From: a virus
IMG/VR virus record: IMGVR_UViG_3300033182_001261
Coordinates: 13,327 to 77,326 of that record
Length of the DNA stretch: 64,000 nucleotides
Reading direction: 5' to 3' (one strand)
Shown: positions 37,136 to 45,406 of the stretch, one piece after another
Numbering within the stretch: the first letter of the stretch is position 1
Layout: each line of letters starts with the position of its first letter
Notes under the pieces: generated by a model
Told to the model about the DNA's origin: nothing
Database searches by the model: none
The model's input: the letters and a program-made list of their open reading frames with translations, nothing else
Translations under genes and position numbers: made by a program

Positions 37136-37348
37136 CTATTTTTTAAAGTTCCTCATCTTAGAAATCAAACGTCTTTGACGATAAACGGCCTTATCCCTTT
37201 TAATACCAAATACCCTAACAAGAATCTCAGGGAAATCCTGATCATCTATCTGAATATCACTACTGAACAACAATTCCATAATATCTCTCTCAATACAAGG
37301 AAGAGAATCAAGGAACACATACGCATCATTAAAACTGAAATCTCTCAT
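37136..37348 (-). CDS. stand-alone sigma70 region 4-like HTH protein
   Basis: LDSLP..ERDIMELLF...EI...FGIKRDKA...QRRLISKMR; promoter 37398-37426. Confidence 0.55.
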   Translation of the reverse strand: MRDFSFNDAYVFLDSLPCIERDIMELLFSSDIQIDDQDFPEILVRVFGIKRDKAVYRQRRLISKMRNFKK

Positions 37349-37444
37349 AACAATCTCCTATAAATTACTTGGGTCTTACCCTTAACCCTATATTAATATT
37401 ATACCTTTTTTACCACCCTTTGTCAATAGGTTTTGAAAAAATAA

Positions 37445-37718
37445 TTAATATGTTGTTTTAACTATTCTTCCGTCCGGACTCAAAACCACTGTTACATCTC
37501 TCCAATCTTTATTAAGCATTCCTGGATACTTGATACTTAATATAAGATTCTTCATCAATAACACACTTAATTCCTAGAAACCCATCTTCCCCAATAGTCT
37601 GAAATCTGCTACCACAATATATTGCTGCTTCAATCATTTTTTGAGAAACATTTCTATCTGGATTCACCATTCTTTCTTTTGCGTGTATACTCATTTTTTT
37701 ATCCATTAAACACATCAT
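37445..37718 (-). pseudogene. DUF4258/RelE-like protein frameshifted by a 7 bp tandem duplication
   Basis: HAKERM...R.VS..MIE.AI..G N-terminus; GATACTT duplicated at 37525-37538; removing one copy restores ...KYPGMLNKDWRDVTVVLSPDGRIVKTTY-stop. Confidence 0.7.
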
Positions 37719-37835
37719 AATCTCCTACATGGTTCTCCTCTATTACAAATGGTTTTTTTTAACCCTATATCTTTATTATAATGAAATTTCGAAGTGTGTC
37801 AATAGGTTTTATAAATATTTTTAAAAGGAATTATT

Positions 37836-38396
37836 ATGTCTTTAAATTTTCCATCAAACCCTACAAATGGCCAAGAATATATCGATAATAATGGGAAGAA
37901 GTGGCAGTTTTCTGAATACAGTTGGAAACCTTTCATTTCTCCAGTAACACTTTTTAACGAAAGAACTGAAATCAACACATCCAATATGGTAGTTTTGGAT
38001 CCTAACAGTAATTACGATTCCGAAATGCAATCCCCTAATAAAAAACTCAACTCTCAAGAAATTCATGCAGGGTACATTGAAGGTTATAAAAGTTACTCAC
38101 TGTTAAAATTTACACCCAACCAAAGTGATTTGTGGGTAACTCTTTATACAGATTTAGAATCTATGAAATCGGACATTTCGAGACCCTTTACACAAGACCC
38201 TATACCTGCATCAGGGGTAATCTCGGAGTTTTCTTCGAATTCAAATCAAAGTATAATCATAACTCCGACGACAATTGGGTTTAATGCAGATGATGTTCCA
38301 AGCAATAAAATTTATCTCAAGATTGTGAATATATCAGATTCCCAATTAACTTCTGATTATAGTTTAACTCTAACAATACTTCAGATGGAAAAATAG
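37836..38396 (+). CDS. putative virion structural protein
   Basis: LNFPSNPTNGQ.Y....K.W.F....W N-terminus; late box 37810-37817. Confidence 0.65.
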   Translation: MSLNFPSNPTNGQEYIDNNGKKWQFSEYSWKPFISPVTLFNERTEINTSNMVVLDPNSNYDSEMQSPNKKLNSQEIHAGYIEGYKSYSLLKFTPNQSDLWVTLYTDLESMKSDISRPFTQDPIPASGVISEFSSNSNQSIIITPTTIGFNADDVPSNKIYLKIVNISDSQLTSDYSLTLTILQMEK

Positions 38397-38397
38397 C

Positions 38398-40068
38398 ATG
38401 AAGAGGGAATACATTATAACTCTAAAAAATAAATCTGACCTAAAGAAGTTTTATGAAGAAATGGAAAGTTTAGGAGGAGATCACCACATCCCTAAAAGAG
38501 AGGTTGAACTTAAAGATAGGAGACCGCTCAGTAGGAACACACATTATTTTTTAACAGATGATGAGGTTCAACTATTAAAAAATGATGAAAGAATTTTAGA
38601 TATAGAACTAACTCCAGAAGAAAGAGGATTAAAAATTGTAAGAAGAGATTCATATGTTGTATCTGGAGATTTTGATAAGTCTCCAAATGAAGATTCAGAT
38701 ATTAATTGGGGAATCTTACATTGCGCAGGAACAGAAACTCAGAAAAGGAAAGGTGTTTTTGGAATAGATGGAACAGAACAAGTTACTGATACCATCTCCG
38801 TTTTTGATGATGGATCAAACGTTGATGTTGTTATAGTAGATGATCCAGTAGCATATGACCATCAAGAATTCCTTGACCCTGATACAGGGGAAAATAGATT
38901 CGTTCAATACCAGTGGTTTAACGAACTAGACCAATATATGGTTGATTTAGATACAGTTGAATCAGATCAAAACTATCAAAATTTTATGGATACAAATTCA
39001 ACTAATATACCATACTACAACTGTTCGGAATTATATGGTGAAAATTTATATCACGGAACCCATGTCGCAGGAACAGCAGTCGGAAAAACACAAGGATGGG
39101 CTAGAAAGTCTAATATATACTCTATAGCAGTTTTAGGTTCAGATAATATGGGGAATGATATTCCCCCTTTAAGACTTTTTGATTACCTGAAAGCATTTCA
39201 CAAAAATAAACAAATAAACAGTGAAACTGGAAAAAGAAATCCAACAGTTACAAATCATAGTTGGGGATATTCTGCTGAAGTTGCAATATCAAATCTCTCA
39301 GAAATAACCTCTGTTAACTTTAGAGGAGTTTTGCATAACAATAATGGATGGTCAAAATCCGATCTATTGAATAATTTTGGAATATACATTACAGGTGAAG
39401 AGGGTGATTATATTTTATATATACCGGTTAAAGTGACCAGTGTTGATGTTGACGTTCAAGATGCTATTGAAGACGGTGTTATAGTTATTACCGCAGCAGG
39501 AAATGATAACTATTTTGGAGTTCCTGTAGGTCATCAAGATTATGATAACACTTTATCAATAACAAATTTTGGAACGTATTACTATAATAGGGGAGGGTCT
39601 CCAGGATCAACTCCTGATTCTATTAATGTCGGAAGTTTATCTGCCAACAAAGATTTCAGAAGAGCAAGATATTCAAATTACGGTCCGATAGTTAATGTAT
39701 TTTCTCCTGGAACAAACATACTATCTTCATCACCTCAGGAACTAGGAAACAACTACTATAGAGTTCTATCAGGAACTTCGATGGCTTCCCCACAAGTTGC
39801 TGGAATAATAGCATGCTTTTGTTCCAATAAGTCTGATATGAACAATTACAAATGCATTCAATACATAAACGAATTTGGTGTTTATGATGAAATCGAAAAA
39901 GATGTTTTTGGTGGTGGATTCGTTGATGAAACCAACTTTAAAGAATCCGTAAACTTAACAGTTTTTGCTAAAGATAGGAGACTTTCATACACCTTACTAT
40001 ATTTCAACGAATCTCCCAGAAAAAGTTATGGAGTGTTATACCCCAGAAAAAACAAAGGTAAAAAATAA
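38398..40068 (+). CDS. S8 subtilisin-like serine protease with prodomain
   Basis: VDVVIVDD, HGTHVAGT, N.SWG, AAGND, SGTSMASPQVAG. Confidence 0.93.
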   Translation: MKREYIITLKNKSDLKKFYEEMESLGGDHHIPKREVELKDRRPLSRNTHYFLTDDEVQLLKNDERILDIELTPEERGLKIVRRDSYVVSGDFDKSPNEDSDINWGILHCAGTETQKRKGVFGIDGTEQVTDTISVFDDGSNVDVVIVDDPVAYDHQEFLDPDTGENRFVQYQWFNELDQYMVDLDTVESDQNYQNFMDTNSTNIPYYNCSELYGENLYHGTHVAGTAVGKTQGWARKSNIYSIAVLGSDNMGNDIPPLRLFDYLKAFHKNKQINSETGKRNPTVTNHSWGYSAEVAISNLSEITSVNFRGVLHNNNGWSKSDLLNNFGIYITGEEGDYILYIPVKVTSVDVDVQDAIEDGVIVITAAGNDNYFGVPVGHQDYDNTLSITNFGTYYYNRGGSPGSTPDSINVGSLSANKDFRRARYSNYGPIVNVFSPGTNILSSSPQELGNNYYRVLSGTSMASPQVAGIIACFCSNKSDMNNYKCIQYINEFGVYDEIEKDVFGGGFVDETNFKESVNLTVFAKDRRLSYTLLYFNESPRKSYGVLYPRKNKGKK

Positions 40069-40309
40069 CACTCCATTAAAATTATTTTATTAATTTTCTA
40101 ATTCTTTTCCTAGCAGCTTTTGACCTAGTTCTGCGATTACTTGAAAGAATTTCCTTTTTCAGTTTTCTTAATACTCTTTCTTTTCTATCCAAAGTCTTAA
40201 TCAGACTTTCTAATTTTTTAATTTTATCTGAAAGTTTCAACATAATATTCCTATTTACAATTATATCCAGAGTTTGGATAGAAATTAAAATAACTATCTA
40301 CCATATTCA

Positions 40310-40567
40310 TTATTCACCTCTATGGATTAATACGTGTGGACTTCTAAACTCTATAACTGGATACTTTCCACCATTACATTGTTCTGCTATCAAATCAAAA
40401 GAAACCTTCTGCACATTTTCACAATAGTATACACCATCTTCTGCGTGTATGACATATCTTTCCCCTTGGTCCGGATCGATCCTACCTATAATCATAAGAT
40501 AGGTGATATAAAGAAATGAAATCACCAGAACCCATAAAAAATTTTTAGTTAACTTCTTGAAGTCCAT
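40310..40567 (-). CDS. membrane-anchored hypothetical protein (start MDFKK)
   Basis: GGAGGA RBS; TM helix. Confidence 0.5.
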   Translation of the reverse strand: MDFKKLTKNFLWVLVISFLYITYLMIIGRIDPDQGERYVIHAEDGVYYCENVQKVSFDLIAEQCNGGKYPVIEFRSPHVLIHRGE

Positions 40568-40671
40568 ATTCCGGATCCTCCTGTTCCATTTCATACATGC
40601 AATCCAATTCATGTTCAGTGTATCCGTAAGTTTCGCGATACCTAACATAACCCTCAAATGTTTCGAAATCA

Positions 40672-40857
40672 TTAATAGAGACCATTATTATCCTCCTCAT
40701 TGTCGTAAGTGTATTCGAATTCTTTTAAGAAATTTCCTTGACTATCAAAAAGTTGTTTACTCTTATATCTTCCATCAGGATGAAGTTTGTAAACACTTGT
40801 AAAATATTTCCCTACAATAGCTTCCGTTCTATACTTTCTCTTTTTTCTTCTCTCCAC
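40672..40857 (-). CDS. MORN/YD-like beta-hairpin repeat protein
   Basis: LHPDGRYK..LFDSQGNFL..YTYD. Confidence 0.5.
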   Translation of the reverse strand: MERRKKRKYRTEAIVGKYFTSVYKLHPDGRYKSKQLFDSQGNFLKEFEYTYDNEEDNNGLY

Positions 40858-40866
40858 ATCCCCTCC

Positions 40867-41082
40867 TTAATAGTTTGACCACTTGTCATTATCTCTAATC
40901 CAATACCTAATCCTGACTCCATCTTGATAATAGTCCGTTCGCAAAACTTCACCTTTCTCATCTAGGAATCTAACTTCGCAAAGTTCTCCATCAACATAGA
41001 ATAGTTTCATATTATCTTTCTCAACCATTTCAATAGTTGGTTCATACACCTCTTCCTCTGAAAGATTTTCTTTCACTTTCAT
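40867..41082 (-). CDS. MORN-like repeat protein
   Basis: FYVDGEL..FLDEKGEVL..YYQDGV. Confidence 0.5.
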   Translation of the reverse strand: MKVKENLSEEEVYEPTIEMVEKDNMKLFYVDGELCEVRFLDEKGEVLRTDYYQDGVRIRYWIRDNDKWSNY

Positions 41083-41090
41083 ATGATCTC

Positions 41091-41411
41091 CTAGTTCCAA
41101 ACCCCATCAATGTAAAAGGGTTTTATTTTTTTATATCCATTTTGAGATGCCCTTTGTCCACTCTGATAAGGTTTTCCTCCATTTTGAACTTTGGAAGTTA
41201 TGTGAAGAACTTTCCCACTCGGTTGGTTCTTATAATCTTTCCATTGAACGACCCAACAAGCAACTTGGTCATCAGAATATTTCCCGATAACTTTCACTCT
41301 TGCATTGTCTCCAGATTTAACTCCAGAAGGTTTGACCGAAGAGTCCCCATAATACCAAGTCATGTGGGAACCATCTGGAAAAAATACTGCTGAATAATTC
41401 ACTTTTTTCAT
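41091..41411 (-). CDS. 2H phosphoesterase (two HxT motifs)
   Basis: SHMTW and LHITS...GGKP.QS, resembling tRNA-ligase CPDase; promoter 41442-41470. Confidence 0.65.
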   Translation of the reverse strand: MKKVNYSAVFFPDGSHMTWYYGDSSVKPSGVKSGDNARVKVIGKYSDDQVACWVVQWKDYKNQPSGKVLHITSKVQNGGKPYQSGQRASQNGYKKIKPFYIDGVWN

Positions 41412-41716
41412 TTCGGTCTCCTTTCTCAACCTTATATAACAATTATAACAGGAAATAAAGAGAGAGTCAATAGGTTTTGGAAATTAATTTAGAAATTTTT
41501 TAGTATAGCACTGAGGATTACACTGAATACACCTAAAATAAAAACCCATTCGAAGAAACCAACACCTAAGTATTTCAAATCTTCTAAAGATTCTTCATTA
41601 AAGGATAATCTATCTTTTTTATCTTTTATTTTCATTTGCTATTTTGGGAGACTTGACCAGAGAAACAAAAACCAAGATTTTTCATTTTCATTCATAATAT
41701 TTTCCATAAAAATAAA

Positions 41717-41790
41717 CGGACGTGACGAGACTCGAACTCGCGACCCCCTGCGTGACAGGCAGGTACTCTAACCAACTGAGCTACACATCC
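41717..41790 (-). tRNA. tRNA-Asp(GTC)
   Basis: GGATGTG acceptor, TAGCTCAGTTGGTTAGAG D-arm, CCTGC-CTGTCAC-GCAGG anticodon arm, GTTCGAGTC T-loop; no encoded CCA; late box 41798-41805. Confidence 0.95.
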
Positions 41791-41856
41791 TTTTTAATAT
41801 TTATATTTCAGACTATAATCAAAATACAGAATTGTAAAAAAATTGTAAAAATGCAT

Positions 41857-42054
41857 CTACCATGCTTCGTAATAAAGGATACCGCAAAGGTCTGTTTCTG
41901 AAATTCGACCTTCCTTTTTAAGCTCTTCCAAAGCATTTTCAATATCCTTTATTTCGTAATCGTCCGAGAATTTTATCATAATATCATCAAAGTTTGGATT
42001 AATTTGTTCGTCTCCTAATTTTTTAATCCAACTATATATAGTTTCTTTTAGCAT
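41857..42054 (-). CDS. small winged-helix protein
   Basis: DIENALEELKKEGRI. Confidence 0.55.
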   Translation of the reverse strand: MLKETIYSWIKKLGDEQINPNFDDIMIKFSDDYEIKDIENALEELKKEGRISETDLCGILYYEAW

Positions 42055-42232
42055 ATTTTTATTTATTCTTTATCTTTTCTTTTTGGGCAGTTCCTGCAAG
42101 GGTTGTCAAAATAGTAATCTTGAGCCTCATCACACCACTTCATTTGCCTAACAACTCCATTAGTAACATCAATACAATTTGAATCCAATAGTATAGCACC
42201 GCATGGTCTTATAATTCTTTCATTTCCCGACA

Positions 42233-42427
42233 TTATATCTCCTTTTTATAATCAATATCTTGTAATAAGACTCCATCCTCATCATAAGATTCCCATTTAT
42301 CAATTTTCAGAATTCTAACTTTTCCAGTCTCTTTCAATTGACCATTTGAGTGATATGTTTTCCATATAAACTCATCTTCAGTTGAACCTTTTTGTAAGGA
42401 ACCTATTTGCTTATACCATTTTTCCAT
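42233..42427 (-). CDS. MORN-variant repeat protein (YwqK-like)
   Basis: WKTYHSNGQLKETG, WESYDEDG. Confidence 0.7.
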   Translation of the reverse strand: MEKWYKQIGSLQKGSTEDEFIWKTYHSNGQLKETGKVRILKIDKWESYDEDGVLLQDIDYKKEI

Positions 42428-42465
42428 ACATAAATTCTTTTGCTATTTCTTTTATCTTATCTTTT

Positions 42466-42834
42466 TTAGTTTTCTTCTTCCCACCATCCATATTCTGGTA
42501 AAGGATCAGCAAAATAACAATTATCATAATCTTCTGGAATCCAAAAACCATATCCGTATCCCTTTCCTAATGCTACTCCATTACCCTCACCGCAGTGATT
42601 CGGATTGTCTAGGTCTCTATGATCCCCCTCATAAGATAGAGTTAGTTCCCCATACCATTCCCCAGTATTATAGTCTTGTCTAGTTATAATCCACTGGATT
42701 AATTCAAAACCGTCACCAGTCCTTCCATATGATGCTTCTCCCCAACCAAACCCTCCAATTTCCCCAGTTTCAGGATAATAATTCCGTAGTGTTGAAATTG
42801 TTTCAAAAGTGCATTTATTTTTCTTTGTACTCAT
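42466..42834 (-). CDS. Gly-rich acidic small protein
   Basis: GGFGWGEASYG, CGEGNG..LGKGYGYG. Confidence 0.6.
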   Translation of the reverse strand: MSTKKNKCTFETISTLRNYYPETGEIGGFGWGEASYGRTGDGFELIQWIITRQDYNTGEWYGELTLSYEGDHRDLDNPNHCGEGNGVALGKGYGYGFWIPEDYDNCYFADPLPEYGWWEEEN

Positions 42835-43066
42835 AGTTCCATCCATATCCTTGACAGACTCCTGTTCCTGACCCTGTTCCTTGATTATGCCTACCTATAT
42901 ATCCCGACCCATTAGCGTTTCCTGTTGCATAATCTTCTCCTGCATCCGTGTATCCTGATTTACATCCCCCTCTTCCGTCAGAGTTACCAGAACCTCTTCC
43001 ACTTTCATTGGGCCATCCTCTTCCTTCAGAGTATCCCATTCCATATTGAGGTTTATTAATCGTCAT
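42815..43066 (-). CDS. Gly-rich small protein
   Basis: GRGSGNSDGRGG, GTGSGTG..QGYG. Confidence 0.6.
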   Translation of the reverse strand: MTINKPQYGMGYSEGRGWPNESGRGSGNSDGRGGCKSGYTDAGEDYATGNANGSGYIGRHNQGTGSGTGVCQGYGWNYEYKEK

Positions 43067-43268
43067 AATAATCTATACCAGAACCTTTTGCTATTCCGGC
43101 ACCACATCCATCTTTTTCCCATTCGTCACCATAGAAAAAAGTTTCACACCTTGGAACAGAATCGTACCCTTCTGGACAACCTGTTCCGTATCCTACTGAT
43201 TGCCCATCACCCCATCCGATGAATTCAATATTATCATCGTTATCACATATGGGATCAAATATATTCAT
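43056..43268 (-). CDS. Gly-rich acidic small protein
   Basis: GWGDGQSVGYGTG, DGCGAGIAKGSG. Confidence 0.6.
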   Translation of the reverse strand: MNIFDPICDNDDNIEFIGWGDGQSVGYGTGCPEGYDSVPRCETFFYGDEWEKDGCGAGIAKGSGIDYYDD

Positions 43269-43278
43269 ACATCATTCC

Positions 43279-43560
43279 TTACGAGACTTTTCCAAAAAAT
43301 TCATACTCTTCTGAATATAACTTGGGAGGGTCTGCCAAACAGATTATACCATGCCTATCATGCTCATATCCGGAACCAGTGGACATACCTCTGCCATATC
43401 CAGTATCAACCCATTCTTCATACTGCGATTTCATCTCAATACCTTCACCATCAGAGCACCCCTTTCCACATCCATTAGAGAACATGCCAGAACCTCTAGC
43501 AGAACCCCCTCCGAATGTTGAAAAAATCCCATCATAATAACTATGATTGCGAAACTTCAT
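43279..43560 (-). CDS. Gly-rich small protein (start MKFRN)
   Basis: GGGSARGSG..NGCGKGCSDGEG, GYGRG.STGSG. Confidence 0.6.
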   Translation of the reverse strand: MKFRNHSYYDGIFSTFGGGSARGSGMFSNGCGKGCSDGEGIEMKSQYEEWVDTGYGRGMSTGSGYEHDRHGIICLADPPKLYSEEYEFFGKVS

Positions 43561-43891
43561 GGGAATATTCCTCACAAGAGTAAATAATATCCCTAGCATA
43601 TTCAGTAAGAGGTCCGAGTTCCTCCCATCCGTTCAGCACTTTATACTCCTCTGGAAGCATAACAGTGCTTTCAGAAGGATTTGACATCCCATTTACGGAC
43701 AAGTCAGAACAATCAACTGCTCCAACCCATCTTCGGATCCGTCTGGAATTCTCAAGGACAAGAATATTTCCCTGAGCTCCGATTTGTGATAGTTTTCCAA
43801 CGAAAACTCCTGCCATATTAGAACGAACTAATATGTACTTTCCGATAAAACTTTTTACCCATCCATTTTCAATTTCATTTATTTGCATCAT
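43541..43891 (-). CDS. conserved phage protein (DUF6948-like)
   Basis: GKY..VRS..AGVF.G.L...L.NSRRI..W.GA...S.LS..G; promoter 44021-44049 upstream. Confidence 0.7.
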   Translation of the reverse strand: MMQINEIENGWVKSFIGKYILVRSNMAGVFVGKLSQIGAQGNILVLENSRRIRRWVGAVDCSDLSVNGMSNPSESTVMLPEEYKVLNGWEELGPLTEYARDIIYSCEEYSHEVSQS

Positions 43892-44056
43892 AATCCTCAT
43901 TAATATTCATAAAGTCTAGAAACGCCAACCCAAAACATAGAAGGCATAAAATAAAACAGTTCATACTCACAATCAATAAAAATACATTCATTATAATTTC
44001 CTTTTATCTAAACTAATATTAGTATATTATAAAAGAGGGATAATGTCAATAAGTTT

Positions 44057-45406
44057 TTAAAAAAAACTTTCCAAACTAAAAGTTTTTTCAACTTCGAAAA
44101 ATTTAGACCACATATCTTCCCCATTTTGGACAAATTTAGGATCGGCAAAAGCAGGAATGCTGTGTTCTATCCCACAAGGAATTCCTAATGCTAAATCAAT
44201 ATAGTCTTGTGCTATTTTCTTTCTATCAAACTGCTTAATCATTTCAAAGTTATTGTTTGCTATTCTCTCATACTCTTCTTTTGTGATTGTCAAAAAATCG
44301 TTAATAGCATCTGCGTATTGTTTTGGAGTATAGTCATACTTCAACATCAAATAATTTTCGTCAGGAGTAAATAAAGACCCTACCCCATCCTCATTACACG
44401 ATATACCAAGATTGACAGCAATAGGAACTGTTCCCATTCTCATTGCTTCAACCAAAGTTCTGTTGAAATGTTCTCCGTAAGTTTTAGACCAAGTTGAATC
44501 AATAAAGAACATTGACTCTCTCAATATTGAATCTCTTCTATTTTCTGATATGAATCCGATATATTCCATACCGTAGGTCAAAGCATTGTCCCATATCTTA
44601 TTCCCTAGAAGTTCTTGCGAAGCATCTGGGTCTCTTTGTAAGGAGCAGTAATACTCTTCCTTACATTTGTCTTTGGACGTCATATATGCCCTCTCAATAC
44701 CGTCCCCACCAACAATAACATCACAATAATTCAGATGAGGGACACAAGAAACTAAATCATCAACCCTTTTCATTTTCTTAAAAGTCTGGAGTGAAAAAAT
44801 TTGTCTCTTACGATTCCCAAAATTTATATCTGGATTCACATCACTAATATCTTGAGGATTCAGAATCATTGACCTAGGAATATCCATAAACTCTGCCGAC
44901 TTATAAGCAGAATCGTGGACACAAGCAACACCAGAAAGACTATTCTTGAATTTATAAACCCAAGGGTACAATTTCTGTAAGTTGCCATCATGGACTATCA
45001 TAACCTGTTTTGATTTCACACTTTCAATCATTGGCAACCAAGTTGTATTCTTTTTGGAACTCTTATTCTTGAATCCGAATATACTTTCCCATATTACAAT
45101 ATCATGCTGATTAGCCATTCGAACAAAATCATCCACACTATCTTGATTGAGAAAGGAATAATAGTTTGTCATCCACCCTTTACCTTGATGGACAGGAATT
45201 CCTGTTCCTGGACCGATTTCATATTCGTTCTGTAAAAGTTCATCAACATTTTGAATATTCACAGTTTTAGGTTTCTGTGTTGATGGTTTTAGGAAAGCGA
45301 AAGTGACTTCATGCCCCAAATCTTTTAATCCTGCTATTAACTGCTCTGTGTGATTTATAATGCCACCATAGTTGTAAAATTGGTGGACTGGAACTAATAT
45401 TTTCAT
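44057..45406 (-). CDS. GT-B glycosyltransferase, probable DNA-modifying enzyme
   Basis: GGI.NH.EQL..GL..LGHEV, IVHD, K..KR, EHFNRT.VEAM..G.VPI; ATGA-coupled to the TET/JBP gene; ends SLESFF. Confidence 0.82.
   Translation of the reverse strand: MKILVPVHQFYNYGGIINHTEQLIAGLKDLGHEVTFAFLKPSTQKPKTVNIQNVDELLQNEYEIGPGTGIPVHQGKGWMTNYYSFLNQDSVDDFVRMANQHDIVIWESIFGFKNKSSKKNTTWLPMIESVKSKQVMIVHDGNLQKLYPWVYKFKNSLSGVACVHDSAYKSAEFMDIPRSMILNPQDISDVNPDINFGNRKRQIFSLQTFKKMKRVDDLVSCVPHLNYCDVIVGGDGIERAYMTSKDKCKEEYYCSLQRDPDASQELLGNKIWDNALTYGMEYIGFISENRRDSILRESMFFIDSTWSKTYGEHFNRTLVEAMRMGTVPIAVNLGISCNEDGVGSLFTPDENYLMLKYDYTPKQYADAINDFLTITKEEYERIANNNFEMIKQFDRKKIAQDYIDLALGIPCGIEHSIPAFADPKFVQNGEDMWSKFFEVEKTFSLESFF

Noticed and set aside
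42466-43560. Diversity-generating retroelement or retron behind the Gly-rich array or structured RNA
   Set aside because: No reverse transcriptase in the window and no template/variable repeat pair with adenine-specific differences seen
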